Of a stretch of DNA of 64,000 nucleotides, positions 24,542-38,797 are shown piece by piece. The DNA lies in the NCBI RefSeq assembly GCF_947568905.1, contig NC_079171.1, positions 38,564,001-38,628,000 on the forward strand. The letters are read 5' to 3'. The position numbers and the translations under genes are program-made. This DNA comes from Ostrea edulis. Lineage: Eukaryota. The notes beneath the pieces were generated by a model. That model was given only the letters and a program-made list of their open reading frames with translations. It was not told the DNA's origin and searched no databases. The stretch's first letter is position 1; the number at the start of each line of letters is the position of its first letter.

Positions 24542-26052
24542 TCTGTTCTTATGAGGATGTCATCAACGTTCGACAAACCACATCTGCAAAACAAAAGGAA
24601 GAGACACTTCACAACATACTGTTACGCAATCAATACCGGAAAATCGGGGATGGTAGGGAAATAAATAAGCAGTGTACGGAAAGGGCAAATGTAGAAAATA
24701 TGTTCATGTAGGTCGCGCATTTTGGAATACACAGTAGGTAAGAGGTGGGTTTAAGAATACACAGTATGTAAACGAGTGACGGATTTAACAATACACCGTA
24801 TATAAGTGGCGGATTTACAAATACGTTGTAGGTAACGGCAGGTTTAGAAATATACTAAATGAAAGTAGCGGGTTTAAGAATACGATGCACGTAAGACGCG
24901 GGTTTAGGATTAAACAGCTGGTAAATGCACCGTCGGTGTACTTTGACAGTGTGGCAAATGATATATAATTTTGGAGGTTATAAGGAGAGGTGAGAGATCC
25001 TTTAAGGGACTCGGAAAGATAACTTGGTAATGATCTGAGTGTAAGTATTACCTGGACATTGAGAAATATTTAGAAATGCGTGTGTATGTTTGTAACTCCT
25101 TCGATGTAACAGTGTGTTTTACCTTGTATATATTATATGATACCATTTTGGCATTTTGGTTTTGACAAAGACATTATTAGACCTTCAAATCCAGACCTGA
25201 CAGTAAGTACTAATTTTATTAACATTTATCTTCATAATATGTATATATAACTAATATCACTGTTTGAGAGAAGAGTGAAAGTTTAAATATTATGAAGAAC
25301 AGTAAATATCAATTTAAAGTTATTTTATCTCAGTATATGCTTATATTATATCTATAGTTATTATAGTGTATATAGTACTGTAATGATATATTTGTTATAA
25401 ATAGATTAGAAGCATCCAGGCAGCATTTTGATGTTTGCATGCATTGGGCCTTGTCCCATAGATAGGTAATTAAAAGATATTACCTTTTATTATATTTAAA
25501 ACATGTAATTTCATAGTGTTACATTATTTGTAATGCAACTGTAAATATTTGAGTAAAGTATATTTTACTATATTTGAATTAAGGGAGATAACTCTTAAGG
25601 TTGAAATGTACTCTCTATTGATTGTAAATCACTGTGATATTCATTGTTACTATTTTGTCTTTTAGGACCATTTATTTTTGTAATCAACATTATGTAATCA
25701 TCGTCATCATCCTTATTCGTTTTACCGTACAATAAATGACTGCATTGTGAACCCTAAGCCAGGAGTTGGTTATTTATACATTTACAAACCACCACCCCTG
25801 CAACAGACGGCTTTCAAATTGTTTTACAGTTAATCGAAAGTTATCAAAAATAGTATCTAAAATGATGCAACATGTTTTGGACAAGATTTGTTCTTTCCTC
25901 TTATTTAGATTGAGGTTTGAAAATAAGTAATTCTAACATAGGTAACATGCGTCATAGTACAATTTTTTTAAATTCATAGAATTTAAATTTCCATTTATTT
26001 CAGATTCATCCATGACTTGTGTACTTGAATTAAAGTCTGTCCGTGTTTTTGG

Positions 26053-26084
<32 letters not shown>

Positions 26085-26915
26085 GGTTATTTCTCTAATA
26101 TAGATACAACGTATGTTAGAGTGGTAAATTTTCCACAGCTCTGTAAACTTCAGAATAGGAAACAGATTGTACTTCGTAACTTGACAACTTTTGCAGCACA
26201 CTGTATGTCGTTATCAGACCTTCACAGGAAATCTCTCGCGGGGAACTTACAACGAGAAGTGCTGTACATTGTACAAATTGAGATAAATGTTTTGTTGTCC
26301 TTTTTGTCACAAAAAAGTCCATCAAAGATCCGAATCCTTCTGTATAGATAGAAGTCCGTTCTCTTCCTCACTGAGAGCGATAGGAAGGCTGATTATATAC
26401 TTATGAATAAATCATTGTTATGTTCACATCGCATTCATAATCATCTTCCCTTCAGAAGCTCTCTCTATCCTGAAAGATCCTCAACCCCCACCCAGAATCT
26501 GTAAATTTACATGTGGTAGTCAGAAACATACACAACTGATAAGAATATACAAACTGAACCACACTGAGCTAGCTGGGTACAAACAAATTGAAAATAAATT
26601 CACAAAGAAAGGGGGCTCATTATCTCGTTCAAATTACCATACATGTATATAACAAAACAGATCAAACCTCCACAAGTGTGGCTTCCTCCGTGTTGTAGTG
26701 CTCTTGATTCGTCTGTCAGATCGATACCGTGCCGCCATAGACGGTGCGTGATATTGTTTTAAGTTAACAGCGTGTAGTAATACCTCGATAAGGTCGTGTA
26801 GAGTTAATTATAGTACTGGGAAAACGTGTGCTCCGCAGATGCTTCATTAATATTGATATCGGAGGGGAAATGAATGATGAAATCTCAATTTATAAAAATG
26901 TCCTTAATTAATTGT

Positions 26916-26985
<70 letters not shown>

Positions 26986-27008
26986 GTGTCATTATTTAGC
27001 ATGATTAA

Positions 27009-27993
27009 AGAGACACTACAGCTCATTTTGCGCAAAAATCATGAAATGACAATTTTCTCAGGGCTTTCTCAATTTTTGTTGCATTGTTGAATGTATGAAC
27101 TTTGCGAAAATAACACTTATCTAAAGTTAAAAACTCTCGTTTTAACGTAAAAATTAATACTTTTTGATGGCCTATACAAAAAAATATCGAGTCTCCTCCT
27201 TCGGTCTTCAGACGCATGCGCATAGACAGTAAACAGTGCAGCATGTCGTCAAGTGAGTGCAGTGGATATCGATAGATCCAGAATTTTGAAAGATTCTATG
27301 AGAAAAGAGGTAAAAATAAAATGAGACAAAACTCATACGTGAAATAAAATTTACCTTGGGATCAGTATGACCGTTGGAAAACGAAAAGCTAGGAGAAACG
27401 ATTGTAACTCAGTGGCGGATCTAGGATTTCCGAAGGGGGATGTGAAAGTCAAATATTAGCCAAAGTAATCGGCCATTCTGGGTGCAAAATTTGGAGTTTC
27501 ACTCACAATTTGTGGTTAAAAAGGAGAGGGGGATCCTGGCCCCCCTAAATCTGCTATTAGGACTAGCCGCGAAGAACTGCTTTAAAAGTGTTATTTTTAT
27601 CTGAACACGACAGGTGTTAACCAGTTGTAAAAACATCGGTCAATAAGAACATAGGTGGGTTTCTGTTGAATTATGATTTATATGATTACTTATTATAATG
27701 AGCAGGAAATAATCTAGCTTATACTTGAAAGGTGAGTGTGGTCCCCTTGAAGGGGATTCCTACACAACACCTTTGCTGTCATTCAAAACCACGTGATGTA
27801 AATAAGCATTCAAAAGTCCGAGTCAGCATGAAGAAACCTTTGAATTCCGGACGATCTTCAAAGCGCAGTTGAGAGTAAATTAATGCATCCAATTGTTCAA
27901 AATTGTCAGTATCGATATGATTTTTATCATTTTATCAATACGTGTTTTTAAAAACACTTTATTAAAATGTGGGAAATGAGCTGTAGTGTCTCT
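27009..27993. mobile_element. Kolobok-type non-autonomous DNA transposon (985 bp) with a nested MITE at ~27410-27558
   Basis: TIRs AGAGACACTACAGCTCATTT / AAATGAGCTGTAGTGTCTCT; TTAA TSDs at 27005-27008 and 27994-27997; AG...CT termini. Confidence 0.8.
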
Positions 27994-28610
27994 TTAAATA
28001 TCCATGCATATTTTATTTCACAAACATAGAAATACGTCAAAGAATGAGATAATTATGTACAATGTACATTTTAACTAAATTTGTATTTTTCAAAATTGCA
28101 GAAAAACTCTTCACCCTACCCGACCCCCCCCCCCCCCAAAAAAAAAACTGCCTTTCTACATTAAACCGCCGCCATTGAGTTTCGGACTAAATACCAAAGC
28201 GATTAAATATCAAGGCATGGTATACTAACCCAGAACAGATAGCGTATGAATGTTATCAATAATTAAGGAGACTACACTATAGGTTCGAACTTCTTTGACC
28301 TGAAAAACGTCATCAGGACTTTTAATTACAAAAACGGGAGTTTGAAACAAAACAAAAATTAGATATTAGAAAAACATTTCACATCAGGAATTTTGCCGTT
28401 TAAAGGACACACTCGCAGTCTTTGTCATTTATTGCGTGTTACTTGATGGAGTAAAAAGACCTTTAATCTTTAGTTATCTCATAATTCAGTAACAAACACA
28501 GGTGTGTGTGTCAAATAGTCGAATGCCTTGTTCCCTGGCGTTACTTATTGGGAGTTGCCGCATATAAATTTGAGTTTTAATACTTGAATTAAAGCTACAC
28601 TTTTCTTTAA

Positions 28611-29124
28611 AGGGACTGATTCACGATTTCCCCCAAAATTTTCTTTTTCACTTTTAATGATCAAAATCTACTGTCTAATGTGTTTAAAAGATTTCACCCC
28701 CCAAAAATAAGGTTATACATTATCACAGAAGCTCACTTTAGAGAGTTTATTATTTGATTTGTAAACAAAGATTGCGGTATGTTATTGTTTACGAAATTTT
28801 CAAAAGAAAAGGATATCGATCAAAGTTTATTATATCTTTCATATTTCAAGCATTTTTGGGGTAAAATGTGTCATCTAAAAGTTAAAATTTGTGACTATGC
28901 AAAATTAAGAATGCTTTATATTACAAATTCAATGTTTCACTTGTTTGTTTGTATACATAAAAAGACTCGAGTCTTTGTTTACATAACACAAAGCTAAAAT
29001 ATTGCTTTTATTCCTGCATTCAGAAGGTCAAAATTTTGGCTGTCAACATTAAATGAGTTATATTTTTAATGTTTAACATCAGAAATGAAAAAATATTTTT
29101 ATCAAAAATCGTGAACCAGTCCCT
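28611..29124. mobile_element. Kolobok-type MITE (514 bp)
   Basis: TIRs AGGGACTGATTCACGATT / AATCGTGAACCAGTCCCT; TTAA TSDs. Confidence 0.85.
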
Positions 29125-29584
29125 TTAATGTTACGTACCGGTATTTTAGTTTTAGGTCACAGTCATTAACCTGACACAGTAAAGTCGGTCATTCCCCTAG
29201 TGATATCGCTGTTAGCCTCCGAAAATCGTCCATATCAAAAATTTATTCATATATTTATTTATTAATCTAGTTACTTATTTATTTATTTACAGGTAATTGA
29301 TTTACAGTTCGATGACACCAGAAAATAGATGTAGCGGTCAATCTTCGTCAGGAAGAATTTTGATTTTATCGAAATAGTTTCTTGAACGACAAACTATACA
29401 GGGGAAAATGCGACTTTTCAATTATCTTCAACGCTTTTAAGAACCAACGTGTGTCTTCTTTTAACGTTAGGTTGTCCATCTGCTTTAAACGTTAGATGAT
29501 AGAATTCATTGGATGGTTATAGAATCTAATGTTTATAGAATCTAATACAAAAAATTTAAAATACCTGTAATAACTTCATTTAGA

Positions 29585-29618
<34 letters not shown>

Positions 29619-29984
29619 CAGACAGACAGAGATACACAGACAGACAGAGAGAGAGAGAGGTGCAGCCTACCTTTTTTGCCTCGATTTTGCTTGACCCAGT
29701 TTCCCTGATGAATGGAGTTACCCCCGACAAAGAATCTTGGGACTGGTGAACTTAGGTATGCGGGTAATGATAGTATCAGTTTTCACAGGAGTGACTGACA
29801 GAGGGGGTACATATCTTCCCTCCGCTCTGTTTACTTTAAAGGGCTGTCATCTTGTCACCAAAAATTGAATTCAATGAAAACTCCTCTATATTATTTGTTT
29901 CTGTAAGAACACCAGTATTTTTTAAAAAATATTTTTAAACCTCAAAGCAGGCACATACATGTTTTACAAAATTGTTAATAGACA

Positions 29985-30290
29985 TGAATGTTCTTCAAAC
30001 AAATATGCATTACTATTACTCAAATATCTGGAAAAATGAAGTATTTAAAGTACCTAAATTACGAACTTATGTGTCTATAAAATCAACCTTTGGTCGAGAA
30101 AATTATGTAACATTGGATATGCCAAAATACTTTAGGTCAATTATGTCGCAGTTTAGATGTGATATTTTACGTTTAAGAATAGAGACGGGAAGATATTATG
30201 GGGAACCTGCTGTTGAAAGAATATGCTTATTGTGTTCATTAAATTGTGTGGAAGACGAAATTCATTTTGGGAGTTGAACTATGTTCAATC
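29985..30290 (+). mobile_element. LINE ORF2 C-terminal fragment
   Basis: PKLRTY...SQFRCDILRLRIETGRYYGEPAVERICLLCSLNCVEDEIHF. Confidence 0.85.
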
Positions 30291-31777
30291 TCCCTGGGTC
30301 ATCACGCACTTTTCTGCGCAGTAATTTGTATTGATTTGTATAGTGGTCGTCAGCGGGGGTTCTGTGTCAGCTGATTTACTCCTAGGTAAATCAACATAAA
30401 CTTTTATAAACATCCGCCATTAAATAATCCATGTAACTTTTCTGAATTAATCTAATTTTGATATTTGACATGTAAATAAATGCAATGATATTGTATTCAA
30501 ATCAATTTGAATACAAGATTTCGATCAAATTGATACTGATAGACATAGAAAAATAAAATATAAGGTTGAAAATTGTCGTTTGTAGCACAGCGTCACCTAT
30601 AAACATTGATAGGGAAACGAACGACAACTGCACACAAGCCCTATTGACACCGTGGCGCGAAATATCGAATATGGTGCGAAACCTCAGAAAATTTACAAGA
30701 AATAACTCTACAACATTGTGTATGTGTATATATTTGGTTGTTTTTTTTTAATGTGATATAAAAAATGCTTGATGTTACATGTAGATTGAATTAAAACACG
30801 TCATTCCCAGTCAACAACTTTCGATTGGGATCGGAATACGAAATAAAATTTCTTATATCCGGTGACAAAGTGAAACTGCTTCATGCTTCAAGTTATTGAA
30901 TTACGTAGTAATTGCACGTTACACATTAGAGAACTGTTCCTTTTAATAAAGAAAGTCACAAAATAGATACAAAATGAGTGTACCTTATCCATTACTGTTA
31001 CCGAGCTTTCGTCGACTATAATCTCGAAATGGCGTGTTTCGCTGCGCTTGATGATCTGACAGTAAGGTCCACATTTTCTACGTGAGTAGTGTGATATTTG
31101 TTTATGAATTTTTTGCGCATACATGGTATGTCTCGGCTAGGAATAATGGAAACTTTCTCACCTATGTATGTAAAGACATATTAATCTCTATTTTTAAAAA
31201 TGTAGAACACTTTTTATCAAATGACAATGTTTGAAAACGCTTAGAGCCCCGATGTCAGAATTTCCTTTTCCAAGACATCAATATGTCAAATTCATTATCC
31301 TTTTTGAATAGTATGTACCATATTTTGTACCAGTTATCCATTTTGAATCCCCTATTACAATGGGATTTTGCTGCACTCTGTAATGTTTGAGTGGATGTCA
31401 TGAGTGTGTGTCAAACAGAAATTTTAAGAGCATGGGATAAGGTGCTGCCATGTATTACTTCACTATCAAAGTTTAACCCAGTTGCCACAATGTTGAATTT
31501 ATGCTGCAAAAAGGATTGGAAATTGCTCTGGTCAAAACACATTGTTTGTTTGATTACAGATGAAAGAGACATGAGGATTCTCCCTCACAAACTGAAAAAA
31601 AAAAGTTATGGATCTTGTACATGTATAGTTTATTAATCACTATAGATTTCCAGCATCACAAGTCTGATTCCACTATATGCTTTCCATACTGTCAGGTTCA
31701 TTCACCCCCTGTTTGATCCACAGTATAATATCCCAAATACCTTGGCAATAAATAACATTATTTGACTAGTGTTTCAT

Positions 31778-32428
31778 TTTTAGCGGAGTTGCGATGAAGT
31801 CGAACTCGGCTTATGATCTGATGAAGTGCCTTTGGGCGGGCAGGCGGGCACGCATCAACATTTCATTTCCGCACCATAGCTCTTGAGCAAATTATAGGAT
31901 CTCATTCAAACTTAGATGGATTGTCACCCTCAGTAAGATGAGGAAGTCTATCGATTCTGGGGTCACTAGGTCAAAGGTCAAGGTCACTGGCTATAAATAG
32001 ACTGAAATTTGGAAAAAAAATTGTTTTCCGCACCATAGCTCTTGAACGAATTATAGGATCTCAGTCAAACTTAGATCGATTAAGTAAGACAAGAAGCCTA
32101 TCGATTCCGGGGTCACAAGGTCAAAGTCACAGTGGCTATAAATAGACTGAAATTTGGAGAAAATTTTGTTTTCTGCACTATAATTTTTTAACAAATTATA
32201 GGATCTCAATTAAACTTAAATGGATTATCACCCTTGATGAGACAAAGAAGCCTATTGATTTTGGTCAAGGGTTAAAGGTCAAGGTCACAAAGGATTTAAG
32301 TCGGCTGAAATTTATGTACGCAAAATTTTGCTCCTTGCTTGATAATTCTTGAAAACTTTTCTGCCGGTTCCCTCTATGCCCATTCCTTGCGCAACTCGGC
32401 TTGTGCATTTCCGATGCCCGACAATTTT
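31778..32428 (+). mobile_element. Non-autonomous Helentron (HINE-like) with three internal ~150-bp tandem units
   Basis: T-rich ends; subterminal inverted repeats GCGGAGTTGCG / CGCAACTCGGC; GGTCAAAGGTCAAGGTCAC-containing tandem units. Confidence 0.75.
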
Positions 32429-32884
32429 TAATTTTTTTGCATTTCATTTATTTTGAGTTATTATACAATTATTTACCATTCCATTGATCCTCTACAGGAC
32501 TGTAGTATACTCAGGTGACAGTTTAGCATATTGGACTACCTTTTCAAGTAATGAATCCTTAGAATTAACTATAACTAGGATTAAACTTGAATGTATATAT
32601 ACAGGGGAAAAACTTCTTCATAACTGCAAGGCATTGATAACCATATTGATTTGAATGTTTGGGCCATAATATGTGGTCACATTTTTCATGAGAATATAAA
32701 GGGGTGAAATTCTAGAAAACAACACGACTTCAGTTACTCGAGGAGCGTTGTGGCCCATGGGCCTTCCATTATCCATGTTTGCTGTTGTAATGCTTTGAAA
32801 CAACAACAGTTGATTTGTATCTAAAATCATGATAATATTCAGTCATTTATCCCCATACCCTTCCAGTACTATCTTTTCTAACTG

Positions 32885-33362
32885 AATTTCCACAATGTTC
32901 AACTCCCACGAGTACTTTAAGTACTTTGATTTACTCTATTGTCCATTGTATTCTAAACTCATAACAACTTTGTTTGAAAACACGGGATTTGATCAAATGT
33001 CAATGTCAGATGTAGAGGTTCTTCGAATGTTAATAACAAACTACCCAAGACAATTAGCAAAATACTTGTACTCCTCCTTTTCTTTTAGACAATCTATTAT
33101 ATTTGGAAAAATCAACAACTGAGCTATTTATACATTATATACTTAGTATACATGTATACACATGTATGTATATATAATTATAGAAAATGTTATTATGCGC
33201 AATTATTTGCATTATATATTATTATATCAACGTTTAAAGTGGCATATAGGCCCGACGGGCCGGGTGTTTATTGATTTGTATATTGTGATAAAATTGGATG
33301 TATGAATATATGTACACATGCCACTATAATAAATAAAATTACTTACTTACTTACTTACTTAC
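32885..33362 (+). mobile_element. LINE 3' end (ORF2 tail, UTR, (ACTT)n tail)
   Basis: LYCPLYSKL...LAKYLYSSFSFRQ, then AATAAA and ACTT repeats at ~33330-33362. Confidence 0.65.
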
Positions 33363-34267
33363 ATGGGTAATTTTGTTGATTAATTAATTATTGTCTTGCA
33401 AGACAATGATTCTTCCTTATACGTTTCCTTACACTAAAAGCGGTTGCGTGTGTCTAACGTAGTTTTATAAGGTTTGTACAAAATAAATGTTTTATTAATC
33501 ATTGATATATATTCTTATGCTATTGAGAGATTTTTTTTTAAAAAAGTGCTTGCCATCACTTTCATAACTAATGCCCCTTTAGAGAAGTTTTAAATTGCAA
33601 TTGATCACGTTCCGATAGAGTTAAGTATGGATGTACAAAGTTTTCTGTTCCTTTGAGGAAAAACTTACCGCTCATTATTTTGTTACCGCGGGGATCATGA
33701 CGTTTTTTAAATACAATCTTAATTTGATCTTCATCAAACTCAGACGTGTGTGTGCCACTTCATAAATGTAAACTTTTCCAAACCTCTTTTCAATACCTTG
33801 CTGTTATTTTGTAAAATGATTTCCCGGTATGCATTTAAAATGTCACCATCACTCAATGCTTTCAAGCAGAACGTTTTTTTTAAAAATTATGTAAAACGAC
33901 GTCGAAATAATTTGTGATTGAAATATTTGATTGTGTACACGTATTCATTGATAGAAAGCCTAGGGAAAGAAATAGTGCTTGCACTAACGAGGTTTCCTTC
34001 TTTAAATAAAGTGTCATTATTTAAATTTGTTATTACATCTAGATAGTAAGCATATGGAACAAAACTGAGAAAAACGAATTTTTCCTATGATAAGCTAGGT
34101 TCAAATTAATTTTATGCGTGTAACATGTTATTTATGTATAAAACATAAATGGATTAACCAACAGACAGGACCTATAGCCATTTCCACATAAACTAGATCA
34201 CCGTATAACTATAGCAACGAAAGTAAATAATTAGAGATAAATAAAAAGTTTGCAATGCAATCCAAAG

Positions 34268-34638
34268 CACAAGCACCTGAAGTATGGATATTACTACCCC
34301 CCCCCCCTTTATGATAATTATTTTTGTGGTAATAATTTATCTGAAATGTGTGAATTTCCTGTCTATCTCATCCCTCTTTCGTTTTATGTTATCGTCTCAC
34401 GCTTTTTTGTGAGCTTTAGAGATTGGCCTTCTACTGGTATAATAGAATACAGTGAATTTTATTATACCGGTAGAAGGCCAATCTCCAAAGCTTACAAAAA
34501 GCGTGAGACGATTACATGAATCGAAAGAGGGATTAGCTAGACCGGGAATTCACACATTTCAGAGAAATTATTGCCACCAAAAAAAAAATTATCAAAAAAG
34601 GGGGAGGGGTAGTAATATGCATACTTCAGGTGCCTGTA
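34268..34638. mobile_element. hAT-type foldback MITE (371 bp, almost entirely inverted repeat)
   Basis: Termini CACAAGCACCTG / CAGGTGCCTGTA; 8-bp TSD ATCCAAAG at 34260-34267 and 34639-34646; ~175-bp arms around a loop at ~34444-34460. Confidence 0.85.
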
Positions 34639-34784
34639 ATCCAAAGGGAAAATTCACGCCATAGAAATTTTACATGGATAAAAACTGTTCAACAATAGTT
34701 TAAAATCAAAAACTTTCACATTTACTATAATAACTTTTTAGAAATGCAGTTTTAGTTGTTCAAAGTAATCTGAGGGAACAAATT

Positions 34785-35042
34785 AAAACCCCTAGTGGAC
34801 CTGGACCCACGATACTTCTGTAAACCCCCAGTGGACTCGGACCCGCGATACTTCTATAAACCCCTAGTGGACTCGGACCCGCGATACTTCTGTAAACCCC
34901 TAGTGGAACCGGACCCGCGATACTTCTGTAAACCCCTAGTGGACCCTGACCCGTGATACTTCTATAAACCCCTAGTGGACTCGGACCCGCGATATATACT
35001 TCTGTAAACCCCTAGTGGACTCGGACCCGCGATACTTCTGTA
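34785..35042. repeat. 36-bp minisatellite (~7 copies)
   Basis: Unit CCCTAGTGGACTCGGACCCGCGATACTTCTGTAAAC. Confidence 0.95.
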
Positions 35043-35854
35043 GTCGACATGCTTTTTAAAAAATCTTATATGACTGTGTATTTGTAGTCGATATGCTGAC
35101 CTACTGAGCTGCTCAGCCAGACAAATAAATTGAAAAGTAATATAATATTGCTGATATATATATTTCAATCATCTTTTAAAAGAAAGTCAGCTAAACTATG
35201 ACGATATAGAGCACATGTACCTCCTAAACGTCACCCGTGTCAAAAATAAACAACACCCACCTACCTATGTCTGTTAAGCCCGCTCTAGTTTGAAGAAAAA
35301 CTCGAATTATTGTACAATAAATGTCACTCTTTTCTGTCAGATGTTTATTTAAACTCAGTTAAACCAGGCTGGATTATTTTATTACTCTGTTGATTATTGA
35401 CTAGCTGTTGACGTGATCAATTTCCTGCTCTCGTGTACCTGAAAAGCGACGTTTTCATACAGTGTATCAGTTCGTTGCCTCTGTTTAATCAAAGTACTGA
35501 TAGTACTGGTAGATGATGACGTGGATTAGGAAAAGTTTAGCCTAAGGTGACTTTAAAACAGTGACTTCCTGAATGAGCAGCCATTAATGATGATCCATTT
35601 TGTGATGATAATTCAATAACGGTAAAACAAGATAAACGAGTTCATAGAGAGTTTATTAAATCCAAATGAAGGAACATGTACATATTGTTTAAAGATGCCG
35701 TTCCCAAAATTGAATTAAGATCATGCCTTATGAGGAATTTGTTTTCTCATGAGAGAATAAAAGAAACTTGAAATTCATACCCACGCATTGTTTTCCTTTT
35801 GATCTAGGAGTATATTTCAGAACTTTGAGAACGATCACCTTGTAAAATGGAGAA

Positions 35855-35960
35855 TGGTCCACCATACAACCCGTCAATGGGTCAAATGATGCCTGGCGTA
35901 TTTCATACCAATTGTTAGGCCGTTCTTTTCACACTTATTTTTGACTGCGGATTATTCCAC
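35855..35960 (+). mobile_element. Penelope-like retroelement fragment (end of RT ORF/3' region)
   Basis: ...GGGTCAAATGATGCCTGGCGTATTTCATACCAATTGTTAGGCCGTTCTT...TTTTGACTGCGGAT overlaps the 5' end of the 15305 family; the upstream context is recalled, not searched. Confidence 0.5.
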
Positions 35961-35987
35961 ATAAACTTGAGCTATCTTTAATACTCT

Positions 35988-36104
35988 GGTGTGACAGGGG
36001 ACCTCGTTTTTTGCAGTCTCATCCGAAAGACCGCCCAATTTCGTCGACTCTTACGACAAGCAAGGGATACTGAGGACCTATTCTCACCCGGATCCCAACG
36101 GGAC
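35988..36104 (-). mobile_element. SINE-like element, 5' part (GTCGTAAGAGGCGAC family)
   Basis: Reverse complement matches the head of 58351-58620. Confidence 0.8.
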
Positions 36105-38607
36105 TAAATCTGTATACAGACACATCTTTAACCACGATTAAGGTATAGATATGACTATGTCACTACAATGGCTAGAGAGTGAAAACAAGATGGGGGATGT
36201 TATGATCTGTATGGAAAACCTAAGCACAAATGTTCACAAGTACAGTGGCGCCTCGGTGATCCGGGCGTCATTGGTCCGGACATCTCACCTCCTGGACGAT
36301 TTCTCTAGGGAATGGAATTCTTACACGTTATTTTGCATCGTTAATCCAGAAATTCGCGTTCTGGATCCGGACTGTCACAACGTTAAAATGCATTGAAAAT
36401 TTTACGTTAATCCGATCAGTATTGGGGGGGGGGGGGGTGTCTGTCTCGGACCGCGAAAAAGCAAAAATAGTATGCAGGTAATGTAAAGTTTAACGTATTT
36501 CTGTTGTGTAATTCAAATATGATTCTGGATGCGACGAGAGGATAAAGAACCAGAGCCACGAATAGCCAAAAATGGCCCTTAGTCAGAACATGATATTATT
36601 CTCAGGGACAGAAACCAAGAATATCTATTTTTCAAATATGTTATCCTTTTTCCGATATCTTTTCATTTTTTTTAGTTATTGACCTTCAAAGTACCCATTG
36701 TTTTGGCCAGATTGTTATTGACGTCGCAATTTTGCAACGTAACGTCACAAATTTACAACGTTTCATGTACTTTTACGTGAAAGTTCTCTAGGTATAAAAG
36801 TGAATTAAAAACACTATTCAGTGGAATTTAATTACCGGGGTATGATATTGTAAATATTTAAATCTGTCTATGTTAATTCTATATTAAAACACACACCTAT
36901 ATAGTATACTCCTACATCTCTTTCTCCTCTCTCTGTTTGTCTCCTTCCCTCTCTTTATATTTTTAAAATTTTTATATATGAAACCATTCAACAGTTTTAA
37001 AGTAATATTAATTCAGGACCTCTTTACTTAGCTTTGTTATTTAAGTATGACATGAAGATAAACTCAATCCCAATATTTTAACTGTATAACCATTTATTGC
37101 ACATACCGATATTTTTGAGGGAGAGAGCGGGGGGTCTTAAAATGAACACGAAAACACGGTGGATCCAACCGTTGACTTACGAATAAGATATATTGACCTA
37201 TGTGTGTGCGTTTCAATATTACATGTAGTTTATGTTGCATATTGATCACTTCTTTTAACAATCTTTTATAAGTTTGCGGATTTTTATTTTTATTATTTGT
37301 TTGGGGGGTGTTATTATTATCCCGCATGTACATGTAATCACGCCAAAAACAGTAATAGCCAGGCTTCGGACAGCGGCGTTATTTCAGACGCACTTTGCTA
37401 CATGTACAACTTTGGACAGTGAGTAAACATTTTAATCCTATGTTTCACACTTTTATTTGTGTTTTGCTATATAGGGAGTTACGTTTATGATGTGTGTGTG
37501 TGTGTGGGGGGGGGGGGGTGTAGGGAAACTGTTACAAAAGTACAGAATAACACATGAACATTTAGTTTAGCCATATGGATATAATTTATTTTACATTAGG
37601 CAAAGAAAATGTTCACGTTAGTTTCCTATCCGGATCATTTATTACAATAATATCTAGACCTGTGTGTATTTCAAAATGCCTTAATTATTATCATTAACTC
37701 CATAACATCTATGAAACGAATTCATTAATTAAAAAGTCTTATTCTGATACTGCTACATATAATAGAACCAAACTCCCTCCTCACATATATTTGATTAGTG
37801 TGCGAACAAAATTAAGTGGATGTTATTTTCACATAAATAGAAACAAGAATTTTATCAATCAAGGGTTAACACCATAAAATTTGCTTATTTTAACACTTTC
37901 ACATTTCTTCCTGTCATTAAGTTTAGTTCTTATCTTACATAAACTGCATGAGGGAAACCTTTTTCCGTTATCAGACACTTCCTCTATGTTACAAACACTC
38001 AAACTAAATTAAGCAGGACTGTGGTTTAATAATGTGTTCAGTTCTTCCTTCTATAATGATTAGTAATATTTTACTTAATTATGTAGGATAATATATTTAA
38101 AAAATAAATACATAAACTTTTACTTTAGGAACGAGTGTGATTCACCTCTATTTTAATCAGTATTAATGATATCGTCTTCTTTTTTCCATTTGTCTTTTTT
38201 ATTTTGTTATAAGATTTGTGGTTTTGAATATTTGCTGTTAAGATTGAATTTTTAATGATAAATATTATTGAAACAATGAAATATACACTATTTTCGTTTA
38301 CATTCTTTTTACATTATTTTTTTTTTTCATTTTCGAATTATTCATTATTATTATCCCTTTTTATTAACTGCCTTGTATTTTTGCTAATTAAATCAAATTA
38401 ATTCTGTTTGTCAATGAATTTCATTTAAAAGCAAAACAAGATCCATATTGCTAGATATATTTTTCGTATTCATATTTGTATGTATTTCTATATATTGATT
38501 TCTGACGGATGAAATATATGCAATGGACCGGAATAGCTGTGTGTCGAAATATAACAGTACCCGATGACGTATGTCCAAATCGGTTGTAACACGGTATACC
38601 TTGTAAC

Positions 38608-38797
38608 CAATCGGAACTCCTCGAATGTCTCGCGCACTCAACATAGATCTCGGATGTAATACGATGGCATCCATGAGCGAATTTGATGCATTGTCAATTG
38701 TGACGTCACAGCAATGCATCAAATTCGCTCATGGATGCCATCGTATTACATCTGAGATCTATGTCGAGTGCGCGAGACATTCGAGGAGTTCCGATTG
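38608..38797. repeat. Long inverted repeat (86-bp arms, 18-nt loop)
   Basis: 38608-38693 vs 38712-38797, two mismatches. Confidence 0.95.

Noticed and set aside
25995-26351. Short Cys-containing ORFs in unique-looking sequence
   Set aside because: No recognisable motif, stops in neighbouring frames and no consistent splice sites.
29700-29740. CTGATGA hammerhead-core matches (also 2196, ~28333 reverse, 31820, 58720 reverse)
   Set aside because: No stem II followed by GAAA and UH at a suitable distance.
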